From positions 1,073,825-1,137,824 of the forward strand of contig CANMEE010000002.1 of assembly GCA_947496865.1 (NCBI GenBank): a DNA stretch of 64,000 bases. Reading direction: 5' to 3'. A program made the position numbers and the translations under genes. The notes under the pieces were generated by a model. The model was not told the origin of the DNA. It ran no database searches and saw only the letters and a list, made by a program, of their open reading frames with translations. Source of the stretch: an uncultured Sphingomonadaceae bacterium (GTDB lineage Bacteria; Pseudomonadota; Alphaproteobacteria; Sphingomonadales; Sphingomonadaceae). Positions 35,332 to 45,159 of the stretch are shown one piece after another (positions within the stretch are counted from its first letter, which is position 1; the number at the start of each line of letters is the position of its first letter).

Positions 35332-35883
35332 TTAGCCCAGTAGACCTGAAAGAGACTGAGAGACAGCCAGGCCGATCAACACAATTGCTAAAATGCCGAC
35401 GGTCATGCCAACAATGATAGCCAATCTTTGAACGGTACCCAGATCACCACTCGGTTCCTTCAAGGCTTGCAAAATAAAATCAGATTCATGGGAAGAATGA
35501 AAGCCGTATGGTACGGCTGCTTCTTCCAACATGAACGACTCAGATTGTTCGCCCTGAGAAGCTTTTGCCGCTATTTCAGGAGCAGATGGAAGATAGGCCG
35601 GATCATATATGATCCGATCATAGTCCCCAGCAGCACGCGCATAGACAATTGCGGCCTCATCTCGCGTGGCCACATCCAAAGTACGGCGAGCGCTATCAAG
35701 ACGCTGATCCACAGCCGGTTTGGATATGTTCAGAATCCGAGCAATTTCTTTTGATGATTTTCGCAGGACCACAAGATGCAAACATTCTCGCTGCTTCTCA
35801 GTTAGCTTCGCAACACGTGCGGCTTCAATTTCAAACTGGACCACTAGCAATCCCCACGAACCAATTGGAATATACGTTCTCAT
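35332..35883 (-). CDS. LuxR/GerE-type HTH regulator with a C-terminal transmembrane anchor
   Basis: 183 aa. N-terminal LuxR HTH (LTEKQRECLHLVVLRKSSKEIARILNISKPAVDQRLDSARRTL). C-terminal hydrophobic helix (LAIIVGMTVGILAIVLIGLAV). Confidence 0.7.
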   Translation of the reverse strand: MRTYIPIGSWGLLVVQFEIEAARVAKLTEKQRECLHLVVLRKSSKEIARILNISKPAVDQRLDSARRTLDVATRDEAAIVYARAAGDYDRIIYDPAYLPSAPEIAAKASQGEQSESFMLEEAAVPYGFHSSHESDFILQALKEPSGDLGTVQRLAIIVGMTVGILAIVLIGLAVSQSLSGLLG

Positions 35884-36185
35884 TCGTGGATAGGCAACTA
35901 GCTAAAAAACTAAATATCATTTCGACCGAATAGCCACCAGCTTCAACCAACTGTCGAATTTCAAGACTAGCAATCAGTTGATTACAACAGATTATATCTG
36001 TATTAAAATATGACTTACACAAATTCTATTTTATATGTTTATTACACTAAGATATGCCCTGTTACAATTCAAAGTTTTTGACAGTCTAGGTTAATATTCA
36101 CATCGCTATGAGAAGGTTCGACTTCGAGTAGATTATCGGCCTCCCTGCTGTGAATTGGGTGCCCAAAGGCATTGGATGACATGTG

Positions 36186-36344
36186 ATGAAAAATTTCGAA
36201 CAAATTTCAGTTGGTGAAGAAACACCGCAAAAAGATGAGATTATTGCGTTACTCGAACAAATCTTAGCTGAGTTCGATTCCATGAGACTTTCTGTTCCGG
36301 CGATCAAAATTTCAGAAGCGATTGACTGTCTCAAGCAGCGGTAA
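36186..36344 (+). CDS. Small hypothetical protein (52 aa), paralog of 32322-32576; not in the ORF track
   Basis: Own translation: MKNFEQISVGEETPQKDEIIALLEQILAEFDSMRLSVPAIKISEAIDCLKQR. AIKISEAIDCLKQ aligns to AIKVEEAINAIQQ, and LEQILAEFD aligns to LEGILARLD. Confidence 0.45.
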   Translation: MKNFEQISVGEETPQKDEIIALLEQILAEFDSMRLSVPAIKISEAIDCLKQR

Positions 36345-36661
36345 ACGCATTTTCGGCGCGCCTTTAGACCGCCGCAGAAAAATCAAAATTAAAAATCAGT
36401 ATGACGGTTAATCTAGGCTGGGAATGCCCGTAAACTTGTTTAGGCACTTTGAACTGCCTAAATTTGTTAAGCTCCGCATTAATCATCCCCACAATGAGCG
36501 GTCGGTTTAACACGAATTGGATGGGAGCGATTTCCGTTAGCTGGTCCTTACTGTGATCGCTCCCTTCTCCAACATCCGCCTGCCTATTGCAGGCCAGATT
36601 TGGAGAGATATCCCAGACATTATTCTATATGATCGCACATATTCAGGCAGCATCGCTGCGT

Positions 36662-37819
36662 TTATTCAGCCAAACCATCCCACGCTTCTTTTATTTTGGA
36701 AAAGAAGCCGCTGCTATTTGGACTCTCATCTCCAGTCTCTGTTTCCTGAAACTCGCGTAGCAATTCTTTTTGTCGCGAAGACAGTTTGGTCGGCGTTTCC
36801 ACTTCTATTTGCACAACCATATCGCCATTGCCGCGCCCACGCAGAACCGGCATGCCAGCTCCGCGTTGACGAATTTGTTTGCCCGATTGGATGCCAGCCG
36901 GAATACGGATTTCGTGTTTTGTCCCGTCTAGCCCGGGGATGACAATCTCTCCTCCAAGCGCTGCCACCGAAAAACTGATCGGCGCGCGCGTGAACAAGGT
37001 CGTACCTTCCCGCTCAAAAAGATCATGCCGCTCAAGGTGCAGGAAAATGTAGAGATCTCCCGGAGGGGCGCCCCGTGCACCTGCTTCACCTTTGCCGGAG
37101 AGGCGGATACGCGTCCCGCTATCGACTCCAGCAGGAATTTCAACTTCCAGAGCCTGCGGTTTGTCGACACGACCTTCGCCATAACAAATATGACACGGGC
37201 TTTCGATGACTTCACCCCGTCCCTGACAGCTTGCGCATGTCCGCTCGACAACAAAAAAGCCTTGTTGCGCTCTCACCTTGCCATGACCGTGGCAGGTCGC
37301 GCAGGTTTTTACGCCTGTCCCCGGTTCTGCGCCCGATCCGTCGCATTCATCGCAACCGACAGAAACGTCTATTTCAATCTCGGTTTGCTTGCCGTGGAAA
37401 GCGTCTTCCAACGAGATTTCCATATCATAGCGCAAATCAGCACCACGGGCCGGGCCGCGCTGTTGCTGCTGGCCGCCAAAGCCGCCGCCGCCACCGCCAC
37501 CGCCACCGAAAATTGTCTCAAAAATATCACCAATATCGTTAAATGCCGCGCCACCAAAACCGCCGCCGCCAGCGTTGTTACCGCCGCCATTGGTGAAGGC
37601 TGCATGGCCATATTGATCATAAGCCGCGCGCTTTTGTGGGTCTTTCAATACTTCATATGCTTCACTGATTGACTTGAACTTGGTCTCAGCCGCCTCATCA
37701 CCGGGATTTTTATCCGGATGATATTTCATCGCCAGTTTGCGATAAGATGATTTTAGCGTCGCTCCATCGCAGCCACGATCGACCTGAAGCTGTTCATAAT
37801 AGTCTGTTTCGGTTGCCAT
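36662..37819 (-). CDS. dnaJ: Molecular chaperone DnaJ
   Basis: 385 aa. J domain (DYYEQLQV...YRKLAMKYHPDKNPGD), G/F-rich linker, four CxxCxGxG zinc motifs. Confidence 0.98.
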   Translation of the reverse strand: MATETDYYEQLQVDRGCDGATLKSSYRKLAMKYHPDKNPGDEAAETKFKSISEAYEVLKDPQKRAAYDQYGHAAFTNGGGNNAGGGGFGGAAFNDIGDIFETIFGGGGGGGGGFGGQQQQRGPARGADLRYDMEISLEDAFHGKQTEIEIDVSVGCDECDGSGAEPGTGVKTCATCHGHGKVRAQQGFFVVERTCASCQGRGEVIESPCHICYGEGRVDKPQALEVEIPAGVDSGTRIRLSGKGEAGARGAPPGDLYIFLHLERHDLFEREGTTLFTRAPISFSVAALGGEIVIPGLDGTKHEIRIPAGIQSGKQIRQRGAGMPVLRGRGNGDMVVQIEVETPTKLSSRQKELLREFQETETGDESPNSSGFFSKIKEAWDGLAE

Positions 37820-37940
37820 TACTGTACCTCAGCCCCCCAATAGCCGAAAATCCAAAAGCCGTTCGTCCTGAACCTATCGAAGCAAGTTCCCGTAAAAGGA
37901 ATGACTTCAACGGGCACAGTCCGAACGGCTTTCGTGATTG

Positions 37941-39887
37941 TTATTCAGCCGCTTTTTCTTTTTTGTCAGAATCAGCGTCGTCGCTATCGTCTACCTCGGA
38001 AAATTCTGCGTCGACCACATCATCATCCGCCTTCGCGGCTGCATCGGCTGCGGCTGCATCAGCAGCATCGCCGCCTTCAGCTTGCTCAGCTTCATAGATT
38101 TTCTGGCCCATTTGCATGGAAACCTGCGCCAGTGCTTCTGACTTGGTCTTCATCGCTTCCGGATCGCCGCCTTCAATCGCTTCCTTGGTTTCCTTGACGG
38201 CTTCTTCGATCTGGCCTTTCAGATCGGCATCAATCTTGTCGCCATGTTCAGACAATTGTTTCTCGGTAGTGTGGACCAGGCTTTCCGCGTTGTTTTTGGC
38301 TTCCGCCTCCGCACGCCGCTGCTTGTCTTCTTCAGCAAATTTCTCGGCATCTTGAACCATCTGATCAATGTCATTGTCAGTCAGACCGCCAGAAGCCTGG
38401 ATCTTAATCTGCTGTTCTTTGCCGGTCCCTTTATCCTTGGCAGAAACATTGACGATACCATTGGCATCAATATCAAACGTCACGTCAATTTGTGGCACAC
38501 CGCGTGGTGCTGGCGGGATACCGACCAAATCAAAATTGCCGAGCATTTTGTTATCCGCGGCCATTTCGCGTTCGCCCTGAAATACACGGATGGTCACGGC
38601 ACCCTGATTGTCATCAGCAGTCGAATAGACTTGCGATTTTTTCGTCGGGATCGTCGTATTGCGGTCGATCATGCGAGTGAAGACACCGCCAAGAGTTTCG
38701 ATACCCAATGATAATGGTGTCACGTCGAGCAGAAGAACGTCTTTAACATCGCCCTGCAAAACGCCAGCCTGAATAGCTGCGCCCATGGCAACAACTTCAT
38801 CAGGATTCACGCCTGTATGTGGTTCTTTGCCAAAAAACTCCTGAACGGTTTCACGAACCTTAGGCATACGGGTCATACCGCCAACCATCACGACATCATC
38901 AATTTCCGATGCGCTGATGCCAGCATCTTTCAATGCTTTCTTACAAGGATCGAGTGTTCGCTTGATCAGATCACCGACCAACTTTTCAAGATCAGAGCGG
39001 GTAATCGATTTCACTAAATGCTTGGGACCATTTTGGTCTGCCGTGATAAATGGCAGGTTGACCTCTGTCGTCTGAGCCGAAGACAATTCAATCTTCGCTT
39101 TTTCCGCCGCTTCTTTCAAACGTTGCAGAGCCAGCTTGTCCTGGGTCAGGTCAATGCTTTCCGCTTTTTTAAAATCTTCAGCAAGAAATTCGACGAGTTT
39201 GGCGTCAAAATCTTCACCGCCCAAGAAAGTGTCACCATTGGTTGACTTAACTTCGAAAACACCATCGCCAATTTCCAGAATGGAAATATCAAATGTACCG
39301 CCACCAAGATCATAAACCGCGATGGTCTTGCCGTCATTCTTGTCGAGACCATAAGCCAAGGCCGCAGCCGTTGGTTCGTTGATGATCCGCAAGACTTCCA
39401 GACCCGAAATCTTACCGGCATCTTTGGTTGCCTGACGTTGCGCGTCATTAAAATATGCAGGAACCGTAATAACGGCCTGTGTAACCGTCTCACCAAGATA
39501 GCTCTCGGCGGTTTCTTTCATCTTCTGCAACGTGAAGGCTGAAATCTGTGCAGGGGAATAATCTTCACCGCCTGCTTTCACCCAGGCATCGCCATTCGAA
39601 CCTTTGACAATTTCATAAGGGACCAGTTTCATGTCCTTTTTGGTCATCGGATCGTCGAACCGGCGACCGATCAGGCGTTTCACGGCAAAGATTGTGCTCT
39701 CTGGATTGGTGACAGCCTGACGCTTGGCCGGTTGTCCAATCAGACGCTCGCCGTCTTTAGCAAAGGCCACGACCGATGGTGTCGTGCGCGCGCCTTCTGC
39801 ATTTTCAATAACTTTTGGCTTACCGCCGTCCATAACTGCAACGCAGCTGTTGGTGGTTCCCAAATCTATACCGATAACTTTAGCCAT
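37941..39887 (-). CDS. dnaK: Molecular chaperone DnaK (Hsp70)
   Basis: 648 aa. [18 protein letters not shown]..., [12 protein letters not shown], and an acidic C-terminal tail. Confidence 0.99.
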   Translation of the reverse strand: MAKVIGIDLGTTNSCVAVMDGGKPKVIENAEGARTTPSVVAFAKDGERLIGQPAKRQAVTNPESTIFAVKRLIGRRFDDPMTKKDMKLVPYEIVKGSNGDAWVKAGGEDYSPAQISAFTLQKMKETAESYLGETVTQAVITVPAYFNDAQRQATKDAGKISGLEVLRIINEPTAAALAYGLDKNDGKTIAVYDLGGGTFDISILEIGDGVFEVKSTNGDTFLGGEDFDAKLVEFLAEDFKKAESIDLTQDKLALQRLKEAAEKAKIELSSAQTTEVNLPFITADQNGPKHLVKSITRSDLEKLVGDLIKRTLDPCKKALKDAGISASEIDDVVMVGGMTRMPKVRETVQEFFGKEPHTGVNPDEVVAMGAAIQAGVLQGDVKDVLLLDVTPLSLGIETLGGVFTRMIDRNTTIPTKKSQVYSTADDNQGAVTIRVFQGEREMAADNKMLGNFDLVGIPPAPRGVPQIDVTFDIDANGIVNVSAKDKGTGKEQQIKIQASGGLTDNDIDQMVQDAEKFAEEDKQRRAEAEAKNNAESLVHTTEKQLSEHGDKIDADLKGQIEEAVKETKEAIEGGDPEAMKTKSEALAQVSMQMGQKIYEAEQAEGGDAADAAAADAAAKADDDVVDAEFSEVDDSDDADSDKKEKAAE

Positions 39888-39980
39888 TTTTCCCTCAATT
39901 CAATTTCAATATATTTTCTGTTCAAAGCAAAATAACCGCCCGGCCCTTTTCTATTGGCACCGTTACGGCTTCGAATTGGG

Positions 39981-40008
39981 ATATAGGAGGCATTTTCTTG
40001 CGCACAAG
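39981..40008 (-). promoter_or_regulatory. Sigma32 (RpoH)-type heat-shock promoter of dnaK
   Basis: The minus strand reads CTTG, 17 nt, CCTATAT. This matches the alphaproteobacterial RpoH consensus CTTG-N17-CYTATNT as I recall it. About 95-120 nt upstream of the dnaK ATG. Confidence 0.7.
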
Positions 40009-40087
40009 TCTTGGCACGAAGGTCGAGAGGCTGTACGTATTAAGAAATGTCTTCATTACCCCGAAATTCAGGAGTTTTCAGCCAGTC

Positions 40088-40567
40088 ATGACCAAATATG
40101 TTTCGATATTTTTTGCAAGCTTTGCCGCAATTTTTTTAGCGTCCTGCGGTCAAGGCGATGTCTTGCTGGTCAAGGATGTTGTGGTTAATTTATCACCAGT
40201 AGAGGGCAATCCGTCATCTGGCTATGCGACGATTAAGGGCGGACCGACTGATGTGACGCTGGTAAGTGTGACAGCAGATGACGTCATGCGCATGGAAATG
40301 CACGAAACTGTTGAAGAAGACGGCATGGCTAAGATGCAAAACTTAAAAAATGCGCTGATACCCGCTGGTGGAACCGTCAAATTTGAGCCCGGCGGCAAAC
40401 ATCTCATGATATGGGGCGTGGGTGGCGGTTCCGTGGCCCAAGGGACACTGAAAATGATTTTTATCTTTTCCAACGATGATCGGATTGAGGTCAACGCCGT
40501 TATCCGGAAGATCGGAGCAGCAGATAGCTTGGATGAAGATGCCGAAAAAACCGACAGCGCAGATTAA
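40088..40567 (+). CDS. Periplasmic copper chaperone PCu(A)C (DUF461 family)
   Basis: Start set at ATG 40088 (MTKYVSIFFASFAAIFLASC lipobox). Cu-binding H/M pattern (MRMEMHETVEEDGMAKM...GGKHLMIWG). The tracked N-terminal extension would cover the dnaK promoter. Confidence 0.8.
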   Translation: MTKYVSIFFASFAAIFLASCGQGDVLLVKDVVVNLSPVEGNPSSGYATIKGGPTDVTLVSVTADDVMRMEMHETVEEDGMAKMQNLKNALIPAGGTVKFEPGGKHLMIWGVGGGSVAQGTLKMIFIFSNDDRIEVNAVIRKIGAADSLDEDAEKTDSAD

Positions 40568-40578
40568 GAGACAGCCAG

Positions 40579-41043
40579 GTGACAGGCAACGCCAGAGCAG
40601 CGCGGCCGCTTACCGAAGCGGAAGTCAATCTATGCCGGTCGGTATTTGGTGACGCGATAGACTATCGCACTGTTCAGATATTTAACCGCAAATGGTGGCT
40701 CTTCCATCCTCGGCGAGTAACCATGGCCCCAGATGGCAATATATGGTTTCATCCCAAAGGTGGATTGTTTCGCGATGACTATGGATATGCAGACTTAAAT
40801 CTGCAGGGGCTTTTCATTCATGAGATGGTCCATGTGTGGCAACATCAAAAAGGTGTATTCCTGCCGATCGCGCGGCATCCCTTCTGTACCTATAGTTACG
40901 AACTCATTCCCGGCAAAGCTTTTGCAAATTATGGCATCGAGCAACAGGCCGAGATTGTAAGGCATGATTTTTTATTGAAGCAAGGCGCGCGTTTGAAAAA
41001 CGGGCTGCAGGCTGAGCAATTTACCGGATTGGTACCGTTTTAA
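40579..41043 (+). CDS. Small HExxH-motif putative zinc metallopeptidase-like protein
   Basis: 154 aa, GTG start. FIHEMVHVWQH motif. Similar proteins are, as I recall, often annotated vgr-related protein (unverified). Confidence 0.55.
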   Translation: MTGNARAARPLTEAEVNLCRSVFGDAIDYRTVQIFNRKWWLFHPRRVTMAPDGNIWFHPKGGLFRDDYGYADLNLQGLFIHEMVHVWQHQKGVFLPIARHPFCTYSYELIPGKAFANYGIEQQAEIVRHDFLLKQGARLKNGLQAEQFTGLVPF

Positions 41044-41046
41044 ATG

Positions 41047-41355
41047 CTAGTCGAACAAATCTTCCAGAAATGACTTCCGGCGTTTCTTTTTGTAATTTCT
41101 GTTGTCATAGCTGTCGCTGTAAATGGTGCGATCGGGGCGGTAAGTTTTTTGGGCTTGCGGTATTTCAGCAGGTCGTGACCTTTCGATAATCTTGTCTATT
41201 TCACCGCGGTCGAGCCATACGCCGCGGCATTGCGGGCAGTAGTCGATTTCCACCCCTTGCCTTTCGCTTATCGTCAAACTGACGTGACAAACCGGACACG
41301 GCATGGTCGGCGGTACTTGAGGAGCGCGGGAACCATCGGCAGAGTGAGATGTCAT
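41047..41355 (-). CDS. TFIIB-type zinc-ribbon protein
   Basis: 102 aa. CPVC...16 residues...CPQCRGVWLDRGEIDKI. Basic C-terminal tail. Confidence 0.7.
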   Translation of the reverse strand: MTSHSADGSRAPQVPPTMPCPVCHVSLTISERQGVEIDYCPQCRGVWLDRGEIDKIIERSRPAEIPQAQKTYRPDRTIYSDSYDNRNYKKKRRKSFLEDLFD

Positions 41356-41476
41356 GTCATATCCTGAAATGGGTTTGCGGGAAGTTGGGGCAAAGCATGT
41401 TGGACGACATCGGAGTGTTTCCGGCGGGGACCGGGGAGTGAAACACCATAGATGCCGCCCAACTGTCTCTGGTCTG

Positions 41477-41650
41477 TTATGCTGTAACAGGGTCCAGTTC
41501 GCGCTTTGCAGCGACGATCTTGTCCTTGATCCTCAGGCGAATGCGCTTCAGCTTCTGCATTTCCTGCTGCCGGCCAGCGGCGCGGCAGTTATCGATCAAG
41601 CGATTAAGTCGGCGGTGGCGTTTGACCAATTCGTTTATATAGTTTTTCAT
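41477..41650 (-). CDS. DUF465/YdcH-like small coiled-coil protein
   Basis: 57 aa from ATG 41650 (GGAGG upstream). MKNYINELVKRHRRLNRLIDNCRAAGRQQEMQKLKRIRLRIKDKI. Confidence 0.6.
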   Translation of the reverse strand: MKNYINELVKRHRRLNRLIDNCRAAGRQQEMQKLKRIRLRIKDKIVAAKRELDPVTA

Positions 41651-41791
41651 AACGGCCTCCTTTAGATTTATTGCTTGAGAGATATCTGCCAAAGACAAGC
41701 CGATTGATCCAATCGAAACGATTGCTCGTTTTTCATAGTTTTTTACTATCGCGCTTAGTGTTCGGGCTCTATCTCGCAAACGCCGATCAGC

Positions 41792-43180
41792 TTAGGGAAG
41801 CAACCCGATCCGTTCGCGCATCATCCAACGCGCCAGCATCAGCACTGCAACAATACCAAGGCCACTAGCGAGACCGGTCCAGACGCCAATGCCCTCCCAG
41901 CCTTGCCAAAAGGCGAGCCCCGCACCGACGCCTATGCCGATGAACCAATAGCCCATCAGCGCAAAGACCATCGGCACCGTTGTATCGTGCAATCCGCGCA
42001 GCATCCCTGCCCCAACGACTTGCGCACCATCGACAATCTGGAAAATCGCGGCAATTGCAAGGAAGCTGACAGCAAGAGCCGCTACTTTCTCGTTACCCGG
42101 AGCCTTCGCATCGATAAAAATCGAAATCAGAAAATCAGGCGCCAGAACAAAGACCAGCGCCATCGCAGCCATAAAGCCTGTACCGATCACAAAGCTGACC
42201 CAGCCCGCCCGGGTAATCCCTGCATGGTCACGGCGACCATATTGAATACCCACACGCACGGTCGCCGCCTGGGCTAACCCCATGGGCACCATGAATGTTA
42301 GCGACGCGAGCTGCAAAGCAATCGCGTGCGCCGCAACGGACTCCGCATTGATTAAGCCCATTAAAAGTGCCGCGATACCAAAAACCGAGCCCTCGAGCCC
42401 CATGGTCACGGCAATGGGCAGGCCCAATTTCCACAGCGCGCTATAGCGCTGCCAATCCGCCCGCCAAAAACGACCGAACAAATGATAACGCCGAAAGCGT
42501 CTATGGAGAATGACAACCAAAGCCATACCGCCAAACATCAATAAATTCGTCATCACGCTGCCAATGCCCGCGCCAATCACACCAAATTCGGGCACGCCGA
42601 ATTTTCCGAAAATCAAGGCATAGTTGAACAATGCATTGGCGAGGACCGCAATGATACTAATTATCAGCGCCCAAACCGGTTGCTCCAACGCCGAGACGAA
42701 ATTCCGGAGGATAATGAAACATAAAAACGGCAGTATCGACCACATATAGGCCGATATATAGAGTCCTGCATTGTGCGCTAGATCGGGTTGTTGACCAAAG
42801 AAAACCAGGATGCTTTCGGTGTTCCAGAGTAATATCCAGAAGGGTATAATGACCGTCACAGCCGACCAAATCGCCTGCCGAAAGGTCCGACGCACGTCGC
42901 GCACGCTGTGGCCCATACGGCCAATTTCGCTGGCCATCATCGGTGCCGAGGCCGTTATCAAACCCATGCAGAAAATTGCGCAGCTCATCGCAAGGTTAAA
43001 ACCCAGCGTTGCAGCAGCCAGTTCGCGTGCACCGAGCCAGCCGATCATCAAAACGTCGGTGGCACCAATCAGCGCCATGGTCAGGTTCGACAAGATGAGC
43101 GGCCACGCGAGTTTCAACGTCGTGCTCGCTTCGCGGCGCCACGGATTGGGTGTTGGAAAAGATTGCGCTGCGCTGGCCAT
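41792..43180 (-). CDS. MATE-family multidrug/toxin efflux transporter
   Basis: 462 aa, about 12 TM helices. N-terminal LKLAWPLILSNLTMALIGATDVLMIGWLG is typical of NorM/DinF-type MATE pumps. Confidence 0.88.
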   Translation of the reverse strand: MASAAQSFPTPNPWRREASTTLKLAWPLILSNLTMALIGATDVLMIGWLGARELAAATLGFNLAMSCAIFCMGLITASAPMMASEIGRMGHSVRDVRRTFRQAIWSAVTVIIPFWILLWNTESILVFFGQQPDLAHNAGLYISAYMWSILPFLCFIILRNFVSALEQPVWALIISIIAVLANALFNYALIFGKFGVPEFGVIGAGIGSVMTNLLMFGGMALVVILHRRFRRYHLFGRFWRADWQRYSALWKLGLPIAVTMGLEGSVFGIAALLMGLINAESVAAHAIALQLASLTFMVPMGLAQAATVRVGIQYGRRDHAGITRAGWVSFVIGTGFMAAMALVFVLAPDFLISIFIDAKAPGNEKVAALAVSFLAIAAIFQIVDGAQVVGAGMLRGLHDTTVPMVFALMGYWFIGIGVGAGLAFWQGWEGIGVWTGLASGLGIVAVLMLARWMMRERIGLLP

Positions 43181-43236
43181 AAACGCCCGTTAGCCTAGAC
43201 AGACAGAAGGCGCTAGCGAATCCTTGCAGCCACGGA

Positions 43237-43506
43237 TTAACCGCCTTGTGCGCGGTCCATCAAATCCATGAAGTCACGCGCAGAATTGCGGTCCACTTCC
43301 TCTTTAAACGCGCTATCGAGGTCAGGCGCTGAACCGAGCATGTAAAGGACTGCCCACAAAGCGAAGCGTCGTCCGCGATCCTTCTCGAGTCCGAGATCCA
43401 CCCGCATCTTTTCAAGGCCCGCATCCATCGCTTCAGCGTGAACAGACGTCAGGTCAGCCGTGCCGAAATAACGTTGCAATTGATCATCAAAATCCATGTC
43501 AATCAA
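43237..43506 (-). CDS. Small acidic hypothetical protein
   Basis: 89 aa (TTG start, or ATG three codons downstream). No recognisable motif. Confidence 0.4.
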   Translation of the reverse strand: MIDMDFDDQLQRYFGTADLTSVHAEAMDAGLEKMRVDLGLEKDRGRRFALWAVLYMLGSAPDLDSAFKEEVDRNSARDFMDLMDRAQGG

Positions 43507-43602
43507 ACTACCCCATGGCTATCCACAACTCTATCAAAAAATACGCTGCCAGGACGCTCAGGGTCTGTTGCAACTTCTCGGCCATCTCGGTAGTGGCGAA
43601 CT

Positions 43603-45072
43603 GTGAATGTCGGGATCGAAATTGGGTGTGATGACACGGGGCAACCTGTGCATGTAAACATAGAAGAGCTGTTAGCCACGCGGCTCTTGGTTCAGGGCAA
43701 TTCCGGTTCGGGAAAGTCGCATCTTTTGCGCCGCCTGTTAGAGGAAAGCGCGCATCTGGTGCAGCAGGTCGTGATCGACCCAGAAGGGGATTTCGCCACA
43801 TTAGCCGATGCCTATAATCACGTTGTTATCGACGCAAGTGACTATAATGAAAACGAAATAGCGACAATGGGCGCTCGTATCAGGGAGCATCGCGCATCGA
43901 TCATCCTCAACCTAGAGGCTCTGGAACTGGAAGCGCAAATGACCTGTGCGGCCGCCTTTCTGAATGCCATGTTCGATGCGCCGAGGGACCATTGGTATCC
44001 TGCCTTGGTGGTTGTGGACGAGGCTCAGATGTTTGCGCCTTCCGTCTCAGGAGATGTGCCCGATGCGGTGCGCCGAGCGAGCCTTGGCGCGATGACCAAT
44101 TTAATGTGCCGCGGCCGTAAACGCGGTCTGGCTGGCGCGATTGCAACCCAAAGGCTAGCCAAGTTAGCCAAAAATGTTGCTGCCGAAGCCAGTAATTTCC
44201 TTATGGGACGTACTTTTTTGGATATTGATATGGCACGTGCCGCCGACTTGCTCGGTATGGAGCGCCGACAAGCCGAACGGATCAGGGATTTGGAACGCGG
44301 GTGCTTCCTTGGCCTCGGCCCCGCGATATCCCGGCGACCGATATCCATGAAAATTGGGCCGACAAAAACGAGCACAAAAATGGGCACTCACAGCCTGTTG
44401 CCGATGCCGGAAGCCGAACCAGAAGATATGCGCACAATGCTATTTGCCGAAATGGAATCAGAACCCGTTCTCGCCCGGGAAGAACCGGTCGCGCAGCCAA
44501 TTGCTGCTGAAGAGTTGATCCGCCAGATCGCTGCGCCGGACCTGACGACCGAAACGGCATCAACCAGCGATAGTGCGGATGATCTTAGCGAAACCGATAC
44601 CATTGATATAGAGCCGGTCGTTGTCGCTGTTTTACAAGATATGCTGGCTGATGAAAACAGCGCCTATCAGCCAGATGCTTTGCTATATCAAGATTTCTCG
44701 GTGCGATGCCGGATGCAGCAATTGCCGTCAGTACCCCTAAAACTATCAGATTTTCGTCGCCGTTTTGCATTGGCGAAAGCCGGAATACTCGACCCCGATG
44801 ATGCCCGTTGGGCAGAGATACTAAGAGCTGCCACGCAGTTACCAGAAGATATGGCCGCACCCTTCCTGCAAATCGCGCGCGCCGCAATGGACGGCCACCC
44901 GTGTCCCGATGATGACACGCTCGGCCGTGCTTACGGCACGCGTTCACCGGGCCGTATTCGCAGGCTAGTGGAATATATGGAAAAACAAGGTGCCATTGTT
45001 GTACGGGCCGATTTCGGTGGAAAGCGGTCTATCGGCATCCCGCAATTGGGCCTGAGTACGGAAGCAGAGTAA
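43603..45072 (+). CDS. HerA/FtsK-like (DUF87-type) P-loop ATPase with an acidic linker and a C-terminal wHTH-like domain
   Basis: 489 aa, GTG start. Walker A GNSGSGKSHLL, Walker B LVVVDEAQMF, and an RGRKRG arginine-finger-like region. C-terminal GRIRRLVEYMEKQGAIVV. Confidence 0.7.
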   Translation: MNVGIEIGCDDTGQPVHVNIEELLATRLLVQGNSGSGKSHLLRRLLEESAHLVQQVVIDPEGDFATLADAYNHVVIDASDYNENEIATMGARIREHRASIILNLEALELEAQMTCAAAFLNAMFDAPRDHWYPALVVVDEAQMFAPSVSGDVPDAVRRASLGAMTNLMCRGRKRGLAGAIATQRLAKLAKNVAAEASNFLMGRTFLDIDMARAADLLGMERRQAERIRDLERGCFLGLGPAISRRPISMKIGPTKTSTKMGTHSLLPMPEAEPEDMRTMLFAEMESEPVLAREEPVAQPIAAEELIRQIAAPDLTTETASTSDSADDLSETDTIDIEPVVVAVLQDMLADENSAYQPDALLYQDFSVRCRMQQLPSVPLKLSDFRRRFALAKAGILDPDDARWAEILRAATQLPEDMAAPFLQIARAAMDGHPCPDDDTLGRAYGTRSPGRIRRLVEYMEKQGAIVVRADFGGKRSIGIPQLGLSTEAE

Positions 45073-45159
45073 ACCGGCCCGACACGCCCTGAATTCAAGC
45101 TAAATCTCCTTAGCCCTCAAATCCACTAGTGTGCATGTTTCGCTCTATGCCTTAACTTA

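Noticed and set aside
36098-36334. 78-aa minus-strand ORF
   Set aside because: It overlaps the plus-strand 52-aa ORF, which has a paralog at 32412-32576. The minus-frame translation has no features.
37440-37570. GCC/ACC trinucleotide-rich repeat tract
   Set aside because: It is the Gly/Phe-rich linker of DnaJ read on the opposite strand, not an independent repeat element.
39998-40087. N-terminal extension of the PCu(A)C ORF
   Set aside because: It would overlap the dnaK sigma32 promoter. ATG 40088 gives a proper lipoprotein signal peptide and is preceded by AGGAG.
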